A stretch of DNA of 57,457 bases from Candidatus Nanoarchaeia archaeon (GCA_035289845.1 DATDWB010000048.1:1-57457), one strand, 5' to 3'. Numbered from the stretch's first letter, positions 27,378 to 40,032 are shown. The notes: generated by a model from the sequence alone, not told the origin. Program-made: numbers and translations.

Positions 27378-28985
27378 TTAAATTGTATTCTCCGCTAGCA
27401 TTTTTTGTAAAGTAAATAATGGAAGTAAAGCACATTTTATTCGAGCTGGACTGATGGGTATACCTAACAATTTCAATACTTCCTCGGGAGTAAAATTATT
27501 AATTTCATCTCGACAACGGCCTTTGATCTCGTCCGTGAACAGAGAAGCTGCTGCCTGACTTATAACACATCCCCTGCCGGTGAAAGATATTTCTGAGATT
27601 CGGTCTTCAGCTAAATTCAAATATAAAGTGATTTCATCACCGCACACCGGGTTCAACTCCCGATGAGAAAAAGTATAAATCTCTAATTTACCATTATTAT
27701 GAGGATTTTTATAATGATCCAAAACATTTTCCCGGCAAATTTCTTGCTCTTCAGATAAATCACCGCTTAATTCATAACCTTTAACTGAAGCAGCAACAAT
27801 TTCTTCAATCACTTCAACTAATTTATCTATTTCCTCAGTTGAATTATATAAATAAAATGAAGCCCGGATTGTACCCGATAACCCTAAAGAATTTATCAGC
27901 GGCATAGCGCAATGATACCCGGCTCTAACGGCAATTCCCGCTTGATCTAAACTTTCCGCTAAGTCATGCGGGTGAATAATACCCTTATCACTATTGACCG
28001 TAAAAGAAAAGATTGAACCCCGGTTTACAGCTTCATTAGGACCAATGATATTAACCCCCTTAATTGCGGAAATTTTATCTAGGGCATGGGAAGTTAAATT
28101 GTCCAGGTGCCTTTTAATTTCAGTCATTCCAATTTGCTGTAAATATTTAATTGCTGCGGCTAAACCAATAGCTTGAGCGATTGGCGGAGTTCCTGCTTCA
28201 AATTTATAAGGCAGATCATTCCATTGGGCTGATTCAAAAGTAACTTCCTTAATCATATCTCCCCCCGCCAGGAAAGGTTCCATTCCTGCTAATAGTTCTT
28301 CTCGGCCATACAGTACCCCTATTCCAGTAGGCCCGCCCATCTTGTGCCCGGAGAAAGCCAAAAAATCACAGCCTAATTCTTTAACCTGTAGATTCAAGCT
28401 GGACGCGGTTTGAGCTGCATCCACGATCATCACAGCACCTACTTGATGCGCCAAATAAGCTAACTCCTTAACTGGATTAATAGTACCCAGCACATTAGAC
28501 AGGTGAGTTACTGAAACAATTTTAGTCTTAGAACTAATCATCTGTTTAGCCTCTTCCATATTCAACCGGTAGTCAGCAGTGATGGAGATATATTTTATAG
28601 TCAATCCTTTACGTTTAGCTAATTGCTGCCAAGGAACAATATTGCTGTGATGCTCCATCACCGTAAGTACTATTTCATCCCCCGGCATTAAATTATGACC
28701 TAATGAATAAGCGAGCAAATTCAAACCTTCAGTGGTTCCTTTAGTAAAAATAATTTCGGAGAATTTAGCACCAATGAATTTAGCAACTGTTTCCCTAGCT
28801 TCTTCATAATCTAAGGTAGCTTTTTGAGATAATTGGTAGGTACCTCGATGAACATTAGCATTATTTTTACGGTAAAAATTTTCCAAAGCAGCTAATACAA
28901 CCGCCGGTTTTTGAGTAGTTGAACTACTATCTAAGTAAATTAGATGGGGATGCTGCTGTAATAAAGGATAATCTTGTCGAAGCAT
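27378..28985 (-). CDS. sufS: Cysteine desulfurase SufS fused to a C-terminal SufU/IscU-like scaffold domain
   Basis: SGHKMGGPTGIGVLYG (PLP lysine) and RAGYHCAMP (catalytic Cys loop). The C-terminal ~130 aa carry LDHYKNPHN, NPVCGDEITLYL, GRGCVISQAAAS and ARIKCALLP. Confidence 0.85.
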   Translation of the reverse strand: MLRQDYPLLQQHPHLIYLDSSSTTQKPAVVLAALENFYRKNNANVHRGTYQLSQKATLDYEEARETVAKFIGAKFSEIIFTKGTTEGLNLLAYSLGHNLMPGDEIVLTVMEHHSNIVPWQQLAKRKGLTIKYISITADYRLNMEEAKQMISSKTKIVSVTHLSNVLGTINPVKELAYLAHQVGAVMIVDAAQTASSLNLQVKELGCDFLAFSGHKMGGPTGIGVLYGREELLAGMEPFLAGGDMIKEVTFESAQWNDLPYKFEAGTPPIAQAIGLAAAIKYLQQIGMTEIKRHLDNLTSHALDKISAIKGVNIIGPNEAVNRGSIFSFTVNSDKGIIHPHDLAESLDQAGIAVRAGYHCAMPLINSLGLSGTIRASFYLYNSTEEIDKLVEVIEEIVAASVKGYELSGDLSEEQEICRENVLDHYKNPHNNGKLEIYTFSHRELNPVCGDEITLYLNLAEDRISEISFTGRGCVISQAAASLFTDEIKGRCRDEINNFTPEEVLKLLGIPISPARIKCALLPLFTLQKMLAENTI

Positions 28986-29018
28986 TTTTAGTAGTAACCT
29001 TGTAAATCAATTGACAAA

Positions 29019-30410
29019 TCAACTGACGCTTCCCTCCATTTCTAATTCAATCAACTTGTTTAATTCTACTGCATACTCTAACGGCAGCTCTCTAACAATT
29101 GGTTCAATGAACCCGGATACCACCATCTTAACTGCTTCTTCTTCACTCAACCCCCTGCTTTTAAGATAAAATATGGTCTCTTCACTAATCTTGCCCACCC
29201 TTGCTTCGTGAGCCGCATCCACTTCGTTATTTTCAATTTTTAGGATAGGGATAGTATTAGAAACAGATAAATCATCAATTAATAATCCATCACAGACTAC
29301 GCTGGTAGTGGAATTCTTAGCCCCAGGAGTTATCTGGACTAAACCTCGATAACTAGATATTCCTCCATCTCGGCTTATACTTTTGGAAGTTATGGTTGAG
29401 GAAGTATTGGGGGCCAAATGAATTACTTTTGCTCCTACGTCTTGAATTTGATCTTTGCCGGCAAAAGCAATACTTAAACTGTCCGAACGGGATCTTTCTC
29501 CACGCAAAATTGAACTGGGATATAACATCGTCACTCCGCTGCCCATATTACCCGAAACCCAGATCATAGTCGCATTTTTATCCACAATAGCTCGTTTGGT
29601 GTTTAAATTGTAAACGTTCCGGCTCCAATTTTCTATGCTGGTATAGCGCATCTTAGCATTATCTTTAACAAATATTTCTACACAACCCGCGTGTAGAGAT
29701 TGGGTTGAATAACGTGGTGAACTGCATCCTTCAATATAATGCAGCTCCGCACCCTCATCAATAATAATTAATGTGTGTTCAAATTGCCCTCCTTTTTGAG
29801 CATTCATCCTAAAATAAGCCTGAAGTGGCAGCTCTACTTTAACCCCTTTAGGCACATAAATAAAAGTACCGCCGCTCCATACTGCTCCATGCAGCATAAT
29901 AAATTTATGATCATTTATGGGGATGCAGGAAGTCATAAAATAATTTTTAACTAAATCTGGAAATTTTTGCAGAGCTACATCCATATTTTCAAATATAACT
30001 CCTTGATCCTGTAATTTTTTTTGCAGATTATGGTAGACTATAGAAGAATCATATTGTGCTCCTACCCCGGCTAAAGACTTTTTCTCCGCTTCCGGTATAC
30101 CCAGTTTATCAAACGTGTTCTTTATTTCTGGAGGAACTTTATCCCAATTATCCGTTTCCTGGGCATTGGGATCAGCAAAGTAGATAATGTTATCCAATTC
30201 CAATTTTTTTAAGCTTGGACCCCAATTAGGCAGGGGTGTTTTTAGATACAACTTTAACGCTTCCAATCGTTTAGCCAGCATCCATTCGGGTTCATTCTTG
30301 GTCTTAGAAATTAGCCGGACAATTTCCTCGTTAATACCCGGCTGAGCCATAAATTTTGATTTGTGCTCATCCGCTTGGTCATACAATTCTCGATTGATAG
30401 TAATGCTCAT
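29019..30410 (-). CDS. sufB: Fe-S cluster assembly scaffold SufB
   Basis: Typical SufB length (463 aa) and motifs: HTLIIIDEGAELHYIEGCS, DAAHEARVGKISEE, FYLKSRG. Confidence 0.9.
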   Translation of the reverse strand: MSITINRELYDQADEHKSKFMAQPGINEEIVRLISKTKNEPEWMLAKRLEALKLYLKTPLPNWGPSLKKLELDNIIYFADPNAQETDNWDKVPPEIKNTFDKLGIPEAEKKSLAGVGAQYDSSIVYHNLQKKLQDQGVIFENMDVALQKFPDLVKNYFMTSCIPINDHKFIMLHGAVWSGGTFIYVPKGVKVELPLQAYFRMNAQKGGQFEHTLIIIDEGAELHYIEGCSSPRYSTQSLHAGCVEIFVKDNAKMRYTSIENWSRNVYNLNTKRAIVDKNATMIWVSGNMGSGVTMLYPSSILRGERSRSDSLSIAFAGKDQIQDVGAKVIHLAPNTSSTITSKSISRDGGISSYRGLVQITPGAKNSTTSVVCDGLLIDDLSVSNTIPILKIENNEVDAAHEARVGKISEETIFYLKSRGLSEEEAVKMVVSGFIEPIVRELPLEYAVELNKLIELEMEGSVS

Positions 30411-30793
30411 TTATATCCCCCCGTTAGGCAACCAATCTCTTGTGGTTCACAATGTTCCGGCAGATCCGAAAATTGATGATGTATCTGGCAGAGGACTTTA
30501 GTTTCCCTAAAATGCTGTAATAAACGCTGGGTTTCCCGTAAATAGCTTAATTTATCTTTTAATAGGGAAACCGATTTCCTTATTTCGGCTACTGCCTTTT
30601 CATTAAATTCTATCCTATGCCCCCGTTTATTGCTGGTATATTGAGAGATGGTAGCAGTTTTTATACCTAACAGCTCTGCAATATCTTTTTGTTTCATCCC
30701 TTGCTCTTTTAAGAACAAAGCTATATATCTACGCATAGTAGGAATTAAGTAAAAGGTCTCAATTTCCTGGGGCAATAAGAGCTTGTTAACCAT
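30407..30793 (-). CDS. XRE-type HTH transcriptional regulator with C-terminal Cys/His motif; first gene of the suf operon
   Basis: MKQKDIAELLGIKTATISQYTSNKRG HTH. C-terminal CQIHHQFSDLPEHCEPQEIGC. Overlaps the sufB start by 4 nt. Confidence 0.65.
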   Translation of the reverse strand: MVNKLLLPQEIETFYLIPTMRRYIALFLKEQGMKQKDIAELLGIKTATISQYTSNKRGHRIEFNEKAVAEIRKSVSLLKDKLSYLRETQRLLQHFRETKVLCQIHHQFSDLPEHCEPQEIGCLTGGYK

Positions 30794-30893
30794 AGTTAAC
30801 TAATTTTAGGGTTATTATATAAATATTATGGAAGAAAAGGATAATTTCTTAGCCAGGTTAATTTTAAATAGGACCTAATATAATCTCACCACC

Positions 30894-31172
30894 ATGATCC
30901 TAACCGAAGTGATCGAGAAAGGGACAGATAGATTTGGAATAACCGAAGATGGATTAGCTGTTAGACTAGAACATTTTGCCAAAGGAAAACTAACCGTCTT
31001 TCGAGAGCAAGGCAACCCTTATGCCAACCTTGAATCTAACTGCCGGGAAGGCGTAAATTTTTATTTTCATTTAGGTCTACCGGAAATGGCTGGAAACAAA
31101 ATTATACAGCAATTTGAGATTTACCGCGGCACGCCAGTCTGTTTAAGAAAAACTAGGTTGGAAAGTTATTAA
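30894..31172 (+). CDS. Hypothetical protein (92 aa)
   Basis: ORF track only. Confidence 0.35.
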   Translation: MILTEVIEKGTDRFGITEDGLAVRLEHFAKGKLTVFREQGNPYANLESNCREGVNFYFHLGLPEMAGNKIIQQFEIYRGTPVCLRKTRLESY

Positions 31173-31226
31173 AAATAACCTATTCTGACCAAAAGTTTTA
31201 AAATTATAAAATTTAATCACCCCCTT

Positions 31227-32387
31227 ATGTCTAATCTTGAGCAAGAAATGTTCCGGCGGATGAAGCCCTGGCCGATAACTGCCCAGATTCATTCTCCCAG
31301 TGAATTGATGAATACTACTGAAGTCCACTATTCTTTATTCAGCTTCTTATATCAAAAAACCCAGGAATTGTATCTGCAAATACCTAGACGCAAGAATGGA
31401 CAAGATTCTTTTATTCATCCTTTAAATGTAGTCCTAAATCTTAAACTAGCTAAAGTAAATGATCCCCTTACTATCTGCAGCGGATTGGTCCATGATTATG
31501 TAGAAGAATTAGTAGATATTTATAAAAGAGAGAATAAGCTTACTGAAACAGGTCCCAACATTAAATTATTGGATGAATATGAGCTGAAATTATTTTCTAA
31601 ACTTGCCCAGGAAATAGATTTATTCTGCCGGGAAAATAACCTGCCCTATCCCCAAGAGATTATTGACTTGGTAAAGATCTTAACTCGCCATAAACGGGAT
31701 TTTTATTATCAATCCATTGCTAATATATTCAATACTAAAAATAAAAAAATAAAAGAAAAAGCAATCCAAATAAAATTGGCGGATAGATTGCATAATATTT
31801 TATCTCTGGAATGTTTCAATGAACAGGAAAGAATTTATCAGTGTTTTAAGAATATATTTATCCTAAACAACGTCAAAAAGTATTTATTAAAAGAATATGG
31901 AGTAAAAGTTTTCCAACCGGGGAAAGATAATCCCACTGAACGGCTGTTTAACAAATGTTGTAAAGCTACCTACAGCGCCTTCTTGGATTTATCCAGCCAA
32001 TGCGGAAAAAAAGTTGAACCAGAAGTTAGGGAGATGCTGCAGCTGGCTTTCAAAAAATACGCTTTGGAAATGTCGGGCATGTGGGTAGTTACTAGAGTGG
32101 ATAAAAATGAGGTTCATCCTTTAAGGTTGTTCCAGGGAGTTGTCCGGAAATATGATAAAATCCTGTTCCGTGAATTTGATAAATTTAAAGAGGCGGTGCA
32201 GAGGGATAGAGATTATATCGCTTTATTTTTTGGAGATTATAATTTAAATCTCCAGCAGATTGATAATTTAATTGACTACAAGGATGCTTATGCTATGAAA
32301 GAAGTGGTGGCTTATTTGCTGTATAAGCACGATTATGTAATTGGAAAATTTTTAAGTTCCGATCTTTCAGCTAAGGGAAGGATTTGA
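31227..32387 (+). CDS. RelA/SpoT-type HD-domain protein ((p)ppGpp hydrolase-like) with an uncharacterised C-terminal half
   Basis: FIHPLNVVLNL...LTICSGLVHDYVEE (HD) and IQIKLADRLHNILSLE, matching the KLADRLHNMRT motif of the RelA/SpoT hydrolase domain. Confidence 0.65.
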   Translation: MSNLEQEMFRRMKPWPITAQIHSPSELMNTTEVHYSLFSFLYQKTQELYLQIPRRKNGQDSFIHPLNVVLNLKLAKVNDPLTICSGLVHDYVEELVDIYKRENKLTETGPNIKLLDEYELKLFSKLAQEIDLFCRENNLPYPQEIIDLVKILTRHKRDFYYQSIANIFNTKNKKIKEKAIQIKLADRLHNILSLECFNEQERIYQCFKNIFILNNVKKYLLKEYGVKVFQPGKDNPTERLFNKCCKATYSAFLDLSSQCGKKVEPEVREMLQLAFKKYALEMSGMWVVTRVDKNEVHPLRLFQGVVRKYDKILFREFDKFKEAVQRDRDYIALFFGDYNLNLQQIDNLIDYKDAYAMKEVVAYLLYKHDYVIGKFLSSDLSAKGRI

Positions 32388-32405
32388 GTTTAGTAAAAAA
32401 AAAAA

Positions 32406-33209
32406 TTAAATTAAAAATATCCGCTTATAATTCTCCCAAATTTTATCCGCCGCCTCTTTCTCCGAAATCCCCTTGATTTCCGCAATCTTTTTGATTGATT
32501 CAACAACAAAAGAAGGTTCATTTCTAGTGTCTAAAAAAGGACTTAAATAAGGAGCATCTGTTTCAGTAAGCAGTTGTTTAATATCCACTATTTTCACCAA
32601 AGTCTGAAAACTATGTGATCTCAAAATATTAGGAGGTATAGAAAAAAAATGGCCTAAATCGGCGGCTTTACGAATTAAACTTTTTTTACCAGAAAAACAA
32701 TGGTTGATTACTGGAACATCATGATGTTTAATTTCTTGCTCCAGTATTTCTAGACATTCCTGTTCTGCTTTACGCGAATGAATAACCAGCGGTTTATTTA
32801 TTTTGATGGCAAAACGAATAATTTTACGGAAATTTTCCGCCTGCTGATAATAAGTTTTTTCTTTTTCTGCCCAATGAAAATCCATCCCCACTTCCCCAAT
32901 GGCAATTATGTGCTGTTTATTTTTTTCGATGAATTTAAACTCCGCTTCCAAGTCAATGGGCACAACCTGCCGGGGAAGTCCAATCTCCGCTTCGGCCATC
33001 CCTAAGGCATCGATGGGATAAATACCTAAACTGGCTTTAATCAGGGGGTATTTTTTAGCTAAGGACAGAACTTCTTTGTTGGAAACTGGATTAACTCCTG
33101 ATACTAGCAGCGCTTTACATCCGGCTTTTTTGGCTCTTTCCAGCACCTCATCTAAGTCTGGTTTGAATAGATCGTGGTTCAAATGACAATGGACATCCAC
33201 CAGGTTCAT
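32406..33209 (-). CDS. tatD: TatD-family metal-dependent hydrolase/DNase
   Basis: LVDVHCHLNH, IGEVGMDFHW, VIHSR, ETDAPYL. Confidence 0.85.
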   Translation of the reverse strand: MNLVDVHCHLNHDLFKPDLDEVLERAKKAGCKALLVSGVNPVSNKEVLSLAKKYPLIKASLGIYPIDALGMAEAEIGLPRQVVPIDLEAEFKFIEKNKQHIIAIGEVGMDFHWAEKEKTYYQQAENFRKIIRFAIKINKPLVIHSRKAEQECLEILEQEIKHHDVPVINHCFSGKKSLIRKAADLGHFFSIPPNILRSHSFQTLVKIVDIKQLLTETDAPYLSPFLDTRNEPSFVVESIKKIAEIKGISEKEAADKIWENYKRIFLI

Positions 33210-33496
33210 GGGAAAAGAGGTAAGTATAAAGATTTATAAATTGTATGGAGATGTTTTAAAAAAGAAGCACATTTCTGCTTGAATTATGAAGGAATTAGAT
33301 TTTATTGCTACTTATATGATAGATTCACCCTTCACCAATTCGTACCTTATGATAATCCTCATGGCCTATCCCTGAACGAATCTAAAGGAAAGCTATCCTT
33401 TTAACCCCTGATTTTGTATTCACTACGTAGTTAATAATTACTGAAAGGTTTATAAATTAGGCTTATTTTAAGGTTAAAAAGGCTTAAATAAATACC

Positions 33497-33988
33497 ATGA
33501 GGCAATTTAATACTAGATATGGGACAATAGATATCTCTGAAGGGATACTAGTTGAAGAAGAGGAAAACCTAGGAATAAATTTATTTCCCAAAACTGGCAA
33601 AAGTGGAAGGAGAGCAGAACAAAGAATCAGAGAAAACTATTGGGAAAGAGAGATAGCCTTACTACAGTTATTTAGTTTTTATCTTGAAAGCTCCACTAAT
33701 CATCATCCACGATCACCTCGAATGTTGGATGCTCATGGCGAGGTTATAGCTGGAGTATGGGTTTATTATGATAATACCGAAGCTAGACCAGTGCAAGAGT
33801 GGCTAGATGAACATAAAGAAAATCATGATGCCTTGTATTTGCTGGTCTGCAATGCAAAGGGAAATATCCCCCAGCAGCTGCCAGAATCCTATATAATATT
33901 ACCCCATGAACTAATCAGCCAATACGGACTGCTTACAGAAATAGAAAAATTAACTTCGATTAGAATACCCCAACTAGGGATAAGATAA
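33497..33988 (+). CDS. Hypothetical protein (163 aa); its stop is one nt from the dhs start
   Basis: ORF track. It ends at 33988 and dhs starts at 33990. Confidence 0.45.
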   Translation: MRQFNTRYGTIDISEGILVEEEENLGINLFPKTGKSGRRAEQRIRENYWEREIALLQLFSFYLESSTNHHPRSPRMLDAHGEVIAGVWVYYDNTEARPVQEWLDEHKENHDALYLLVCNAKGNIPQQLPESYIILPHELISQYGLLTEIEKLTSIRIPQLGIR

Positions 33989-33989
33989 A

Positions 33990-34979
33990 ATGAACCCCTA
34001 CAAACATAAACACGCCCAGTACGCACCTAAAGAATGCCTGACTCTAGATGGTCATCCTACTATTAAAGGTTATGACTTCGAACAAGGTTTGGAATTTAAA
34101 CAATTCCTGAAAGCTTTGAACCAAACAGGTTTTCAAGCCACTAATTTAGGAGAGGGAATTGAAATTGTTAAATCGATGCAGCGGGAAAAAGCCACTATCT
34201 TCCTTTCTTTCACTTCCAACCAAATAAGTTCAGGTAATAGAGAAATAATCAAATTTCTGGTTAAGCATAAAAAAGTAGAAGTTATCGTAACTACTGGCGG
34301 AGCAATAGAAGAAGACCTAATGAAATGCCTGAAACCGTTTGTTGTAGGTCAATTTGATGTTCCCGGAAAGATGCTGTTTGAGAACGGAGTAAATAGAATT
34401 GGCAATATTTTTGTCCCCAATGATCGCTATGCTTACCTGGATAAATTCATGCAGAAAATATTCCCTCAAATATATCAACAGCAAAAAGAGGACGGAAAAG
34501 TGTTATGTCCTTACGAACTAAATCGTATTTTAGGAGAAGCCATCAACCATCCCGATTCTTTCCTCTATTGGGCGGCCAAAAATAATATACCAGTATTCTG
34601 CCCCGGTATAATTGATGGTGCGTTGGGCGACTTAATGATGTTTTTTAAACAAAGCCATCCTGATTTTTTACTGGATGTGAGTAAAGAAATGGTAGAAATA
34701 ACCAAAATTGCCTTAAATGCTGAGAAGACGGGAGGAATAATCCTAGGCGGCGGGATAAGCAAACATTTCACCTTGAATGCCAATATTTTACGGGAAGGAT
34801 TTGATTATGCCGTATATATTAATACCGGGCAGGAATTTGATGGTTCAGATTCTGGAGCCCGAGTGGAAGAAGCCATCACCTGGGGGAAAGTTAAAGCCAC
34901 TGCACCTAATGTAAAAATTAATTGTGACGCCACGATTGCCTTTCCCTTATTAGTGGCCGGATGGCTGGTGGGGGAATAA
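33990..34979 (+). CDS. dhs: Deoxyhypusine synthase
   Basis: FTSNQISSGNREIIKFLVKHKKVEVIVTTGGAIEEDLMKC and GGGISKH motifs; size is 329 aa. Confidence 0.9.
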   Translation: MNPYKHKHAQYAPKECLTLDGHPTIKGYDFEQGLEFKQFLKALNQTGFQATNLGEGIEIVKSMQREKATIFLSFTSNQISSGNREIIKFLVKHKKVEVIVTTGGAIEEDLMKCLKPFVVGQFDVPGKMLFENGVNRIGNIFVPNDRYAYLDKFMQKIFPQIYQQQKEDGKVLCPYELNRILGEAINHPDSFLYWAAKNNIPVFCPGIIDGALGDLMMFFKQSHPDFLLDVSKEMVEITKIALNAEKTGGIILGGGISKHFTLNANILREGFDYAVYINTGQEFDGSDSGARVEEAITWGKVKATAPNVKINCDATIAFPLLVAGWLVGE

Positions 34980-34983
34980 TAAA

Positions 34984-35583
34984 ATGAATTATACGCCCTT
35001 GCCGCCAGTAGAGGAAGTTACCCAACACTTTAGTAGATCGTTAGTAGTTGAAGAAAAGTATACTACTCGCGTTTATAAAGTACGATGCGGTTCAGAATTG
35101 TTCGTACTAAAATTTAGTTCTGATCCTATATTTAAACCAAGAATTAGTTTAGAGGGAGAGGCCTTAGAACTAATTAAGGGCCTAAGGACCGTGCCAAAAT
35201 TAATAGATAGATTTGAAGACGGAGAATTAACGGCCATCCTTAAAAGCCATATGGCTGGGGAAGTATTAAAAGAATATAGCTATACTACCAATAATTTTGG
35301 TGATAAATGCATGCTGCCAATCAGGAAAGAAGAAGCATTACAAACAGTAATTACTATTCATGCTCGTGGAGTATCTGCCTTGGATTTACATTGCGGCAAT
35401 GTTCTAATTCATAATGGACAAATAAATTTATTTGATTTTGATTCCTGTATATTAAGTGATAGGACAGCCTCAGAGATTTTTGAAGAAGAAAAAATAGTTG
35501 ATTTTTTAAGATTAAATGAACTATTAAATCAACTGTCAGGATCAAAAAACAAAAGTAATTCTCTCTACAAATATATTATTTAG
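34984..35583 (+). CDS. Minimal protein-kinase-like fold protein (Bud32/RIO/Kdo-kinase-like), paralogue 1
   Basis: FVLKF (beta3 Lys), HARGVSALDLHCGNVLI (catalytic loop D..N), LFDFDS (DFD metal site); size is 199 aa. Confidence 0.6.
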   Translation: MNYTPLPPVEEVTQHFSRSLVVEEKYTTRVYKVRCGSELFVLKFSSDPIFKPRISLEGEALELIKGLRTVPKLIDRFEDGELTAILKSHMAGEVLKEYSYTTNNFGDKCMLPIRKEEALQTVITIHARGVSALDLHCGNVLIHNGQINLFDFDSCILSDRTASEIFEEEKIVDFLRLNELLNQLSGSKNKSNSLYKYII

Positions 35584-35626
35584 GCATATTAAAAAAAACT
35601 TAGCAAGGTGTAAACCAATCTCCACA

Positions 35627-36247
35627 ATGACCCATAATTATCCCCAAAACCCAAATTTAATAGAACTGGCTCAATCCATAGCTGACAAAATAGATCCCGG
35701 ATTAAAAGTGGTAGAACATTATTCTAATACCCAAGCTTATCGAGTTATCAAAGATGATGATACTTATATACTTAAGATAGATAAAGCCGCCAATAGATAT
35801 ATTGATACTGAAATCACCGCATTACGGCGTCTGGCAGACTTACCTAAAATACCCAATCTAATAGATGTTTATATGGATAAATCTGAACAATATAATTGGC
35901 TGCTAAGAGAAAATGTAGAAGGTAAATTATTTGCTGAATATATTAATTGGTTTTATCAGCCAGAGCATGATCCCGTTTTTGTGCAGAAAGATGCTGGAAA
36001 AGAATTCAAAAAATTGGTTAAACAAATCCACCGGCGCGGAGTATGCAGATTAGACCTGCATGTTGACAATGTAATCATTGACCGGGACGGTTATCTCTGT
36101 TTGTTTGATTTCAACAGCAGCTACATTGTTTCTTGGCTCTCGGTATATTTTAGAGCTGATTCTCCTCGGCCTGAGGATCTTAAGGAGATGATGGGTTTTT
36201 TAAAAATGTTAAAAGCTGAGCGGGGGCAAGCCCCCCACAATAGTTAA
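35627..36247 (+). CDS. Minimal protein-kinase-like fold protein, paralogue 2
   Basis: YILKID, HRRGVCRLDLHVDNVII, LFDFNSS; same architecture as 34984..35583. Confidence 0.6.
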   Translation: MTHNYPQNPNLIELAQSIADKIDPGLKVVEHYSNTQAYRVIKDDDTYILKIDKAANRYIDTEITALRRLADLPKIPNLIDVYMDKSEQYNWLLRENVEGKLFAEYINWFYQPEHDPVFVQKDAGKEFKKLVKQIHRRGVCRLDLHVDNVIIDRDGYLCLFDFNSSYIVSWLSVYFRADSPRPEDLKEMMGFLKMLKAERGQAPHNS

Positions 36248-36250
36248 TAA

Positions 36251-36601
36251 TTAAATCCTAGAATTCTTCCACCAATAAATTTCTTCTAATTTTACACTAA
36301 TTTTCTTAAATGATAGATTATAAGTGTCTCCTTCTAAAATATTCTTTGGAGCAAAAGCTTCTACAATTTCTTCAACCGACAATTTGGATAGAGGCCGGTC
36401 AAAAATTACTGCACGGTTATAATAAGCTAGGGGAGGAAAAACAGTATCATCCAGTTGAACAATTAAAGCTTGTGACTCTAAATCAGAACAAGCAAATTTA
36501 AAGCCGTTAAAATATCTTACAACGTGTGAATCTGATGGTATCAAACCTAATTGTACCGCCAAAGACACAGTATAAACCCCTTGTTCAATCATTGTTACCA
36601 C
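36251..36601 (-). CDS. Hypothetical protein (116 aa)
   Basis: ORF track only. Confidence 0.35.
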   Translation of the reverse strand: MVTMIEQGVYTVSLAVQLGLIPSDSHVVRYFNGFKFACSDLESQALIVQLDDTVFPPLAYYNRAVIFDRPLSKLSVEEIVEAFAPKNILEGDTYNLSFKKISVKLEEIYWWKNSRI

Positions 36602-36679
36602 TATTATATTAAAAATTGCAACTATTTTAAATTTTACAATATTAAAAAATCATACAAAAAAAAAGGTAAAAAATGAAAA

Positions 36680-36704
36680 GCCATACATAGGTTGGTACAT
36701 CTTA
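36680..36704. repeat. 23S processing-stem half (3' flank), perfectly complementary to 39782-39806
   Basis: gccatacataggttggtacatctta is the exact reverse complement of taagatgtaccaacctatgtatggc at 39782-39806 (25 bp). Confidence 0.85.
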
Positions 36705-36705
36705 A

Positions 36706-39745
<3,040 letters not shown>

Positions 39746-39781
39746 AGTAACCTCCGTTGAGAACAGAGATTACTATCAACC

Positions 39782-39806
39782 TAAGATGTACCAACCTATG
39801 TATGGC
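39782..39806. repeat. 23S processing-stem half (5' flank)
   Basis: See 36680-36704. Confidence 0.85.
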
Positions 39807-39917
39807 TCATCAATATGAAAACATATCTTACCTTAGCCGCCAAGAACTTACGTTCTTGAAGACTTTTTCCCGTCATTCCACAGAGGACAAACAGGAACAT
39901 TTTTCCACACGGAAAAG

Positions 39918-40032
39918 TGGACCCGTCGGGATTTGAACCCGAGACCCCCTGCTTTCTATGACGTTAACTAATCTTTCACGTTCTTTTTTTAACGCATGCA
40001 AGGCAGGTGCTCTCCCACTGAGCTACGGGCCC
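39918..40032 (-). tRNA. tRNA-Ala (anticodon UGC) with a 43-nt intron at the canonical 37/38 position, in the 16S-23S spacer
   Basis: The reverse complement reads GGGCCCG-TA-GCTC-AGTGGGA-GAGC-A-CCTGC-CTTGCA[43 nt]A-GCAGG-GGGTC-TCGGG-TTCAAAT-CCCGA-CGGGTCC-A. The G3:U70 Ala identity pair is present. Confidence 0.85.
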
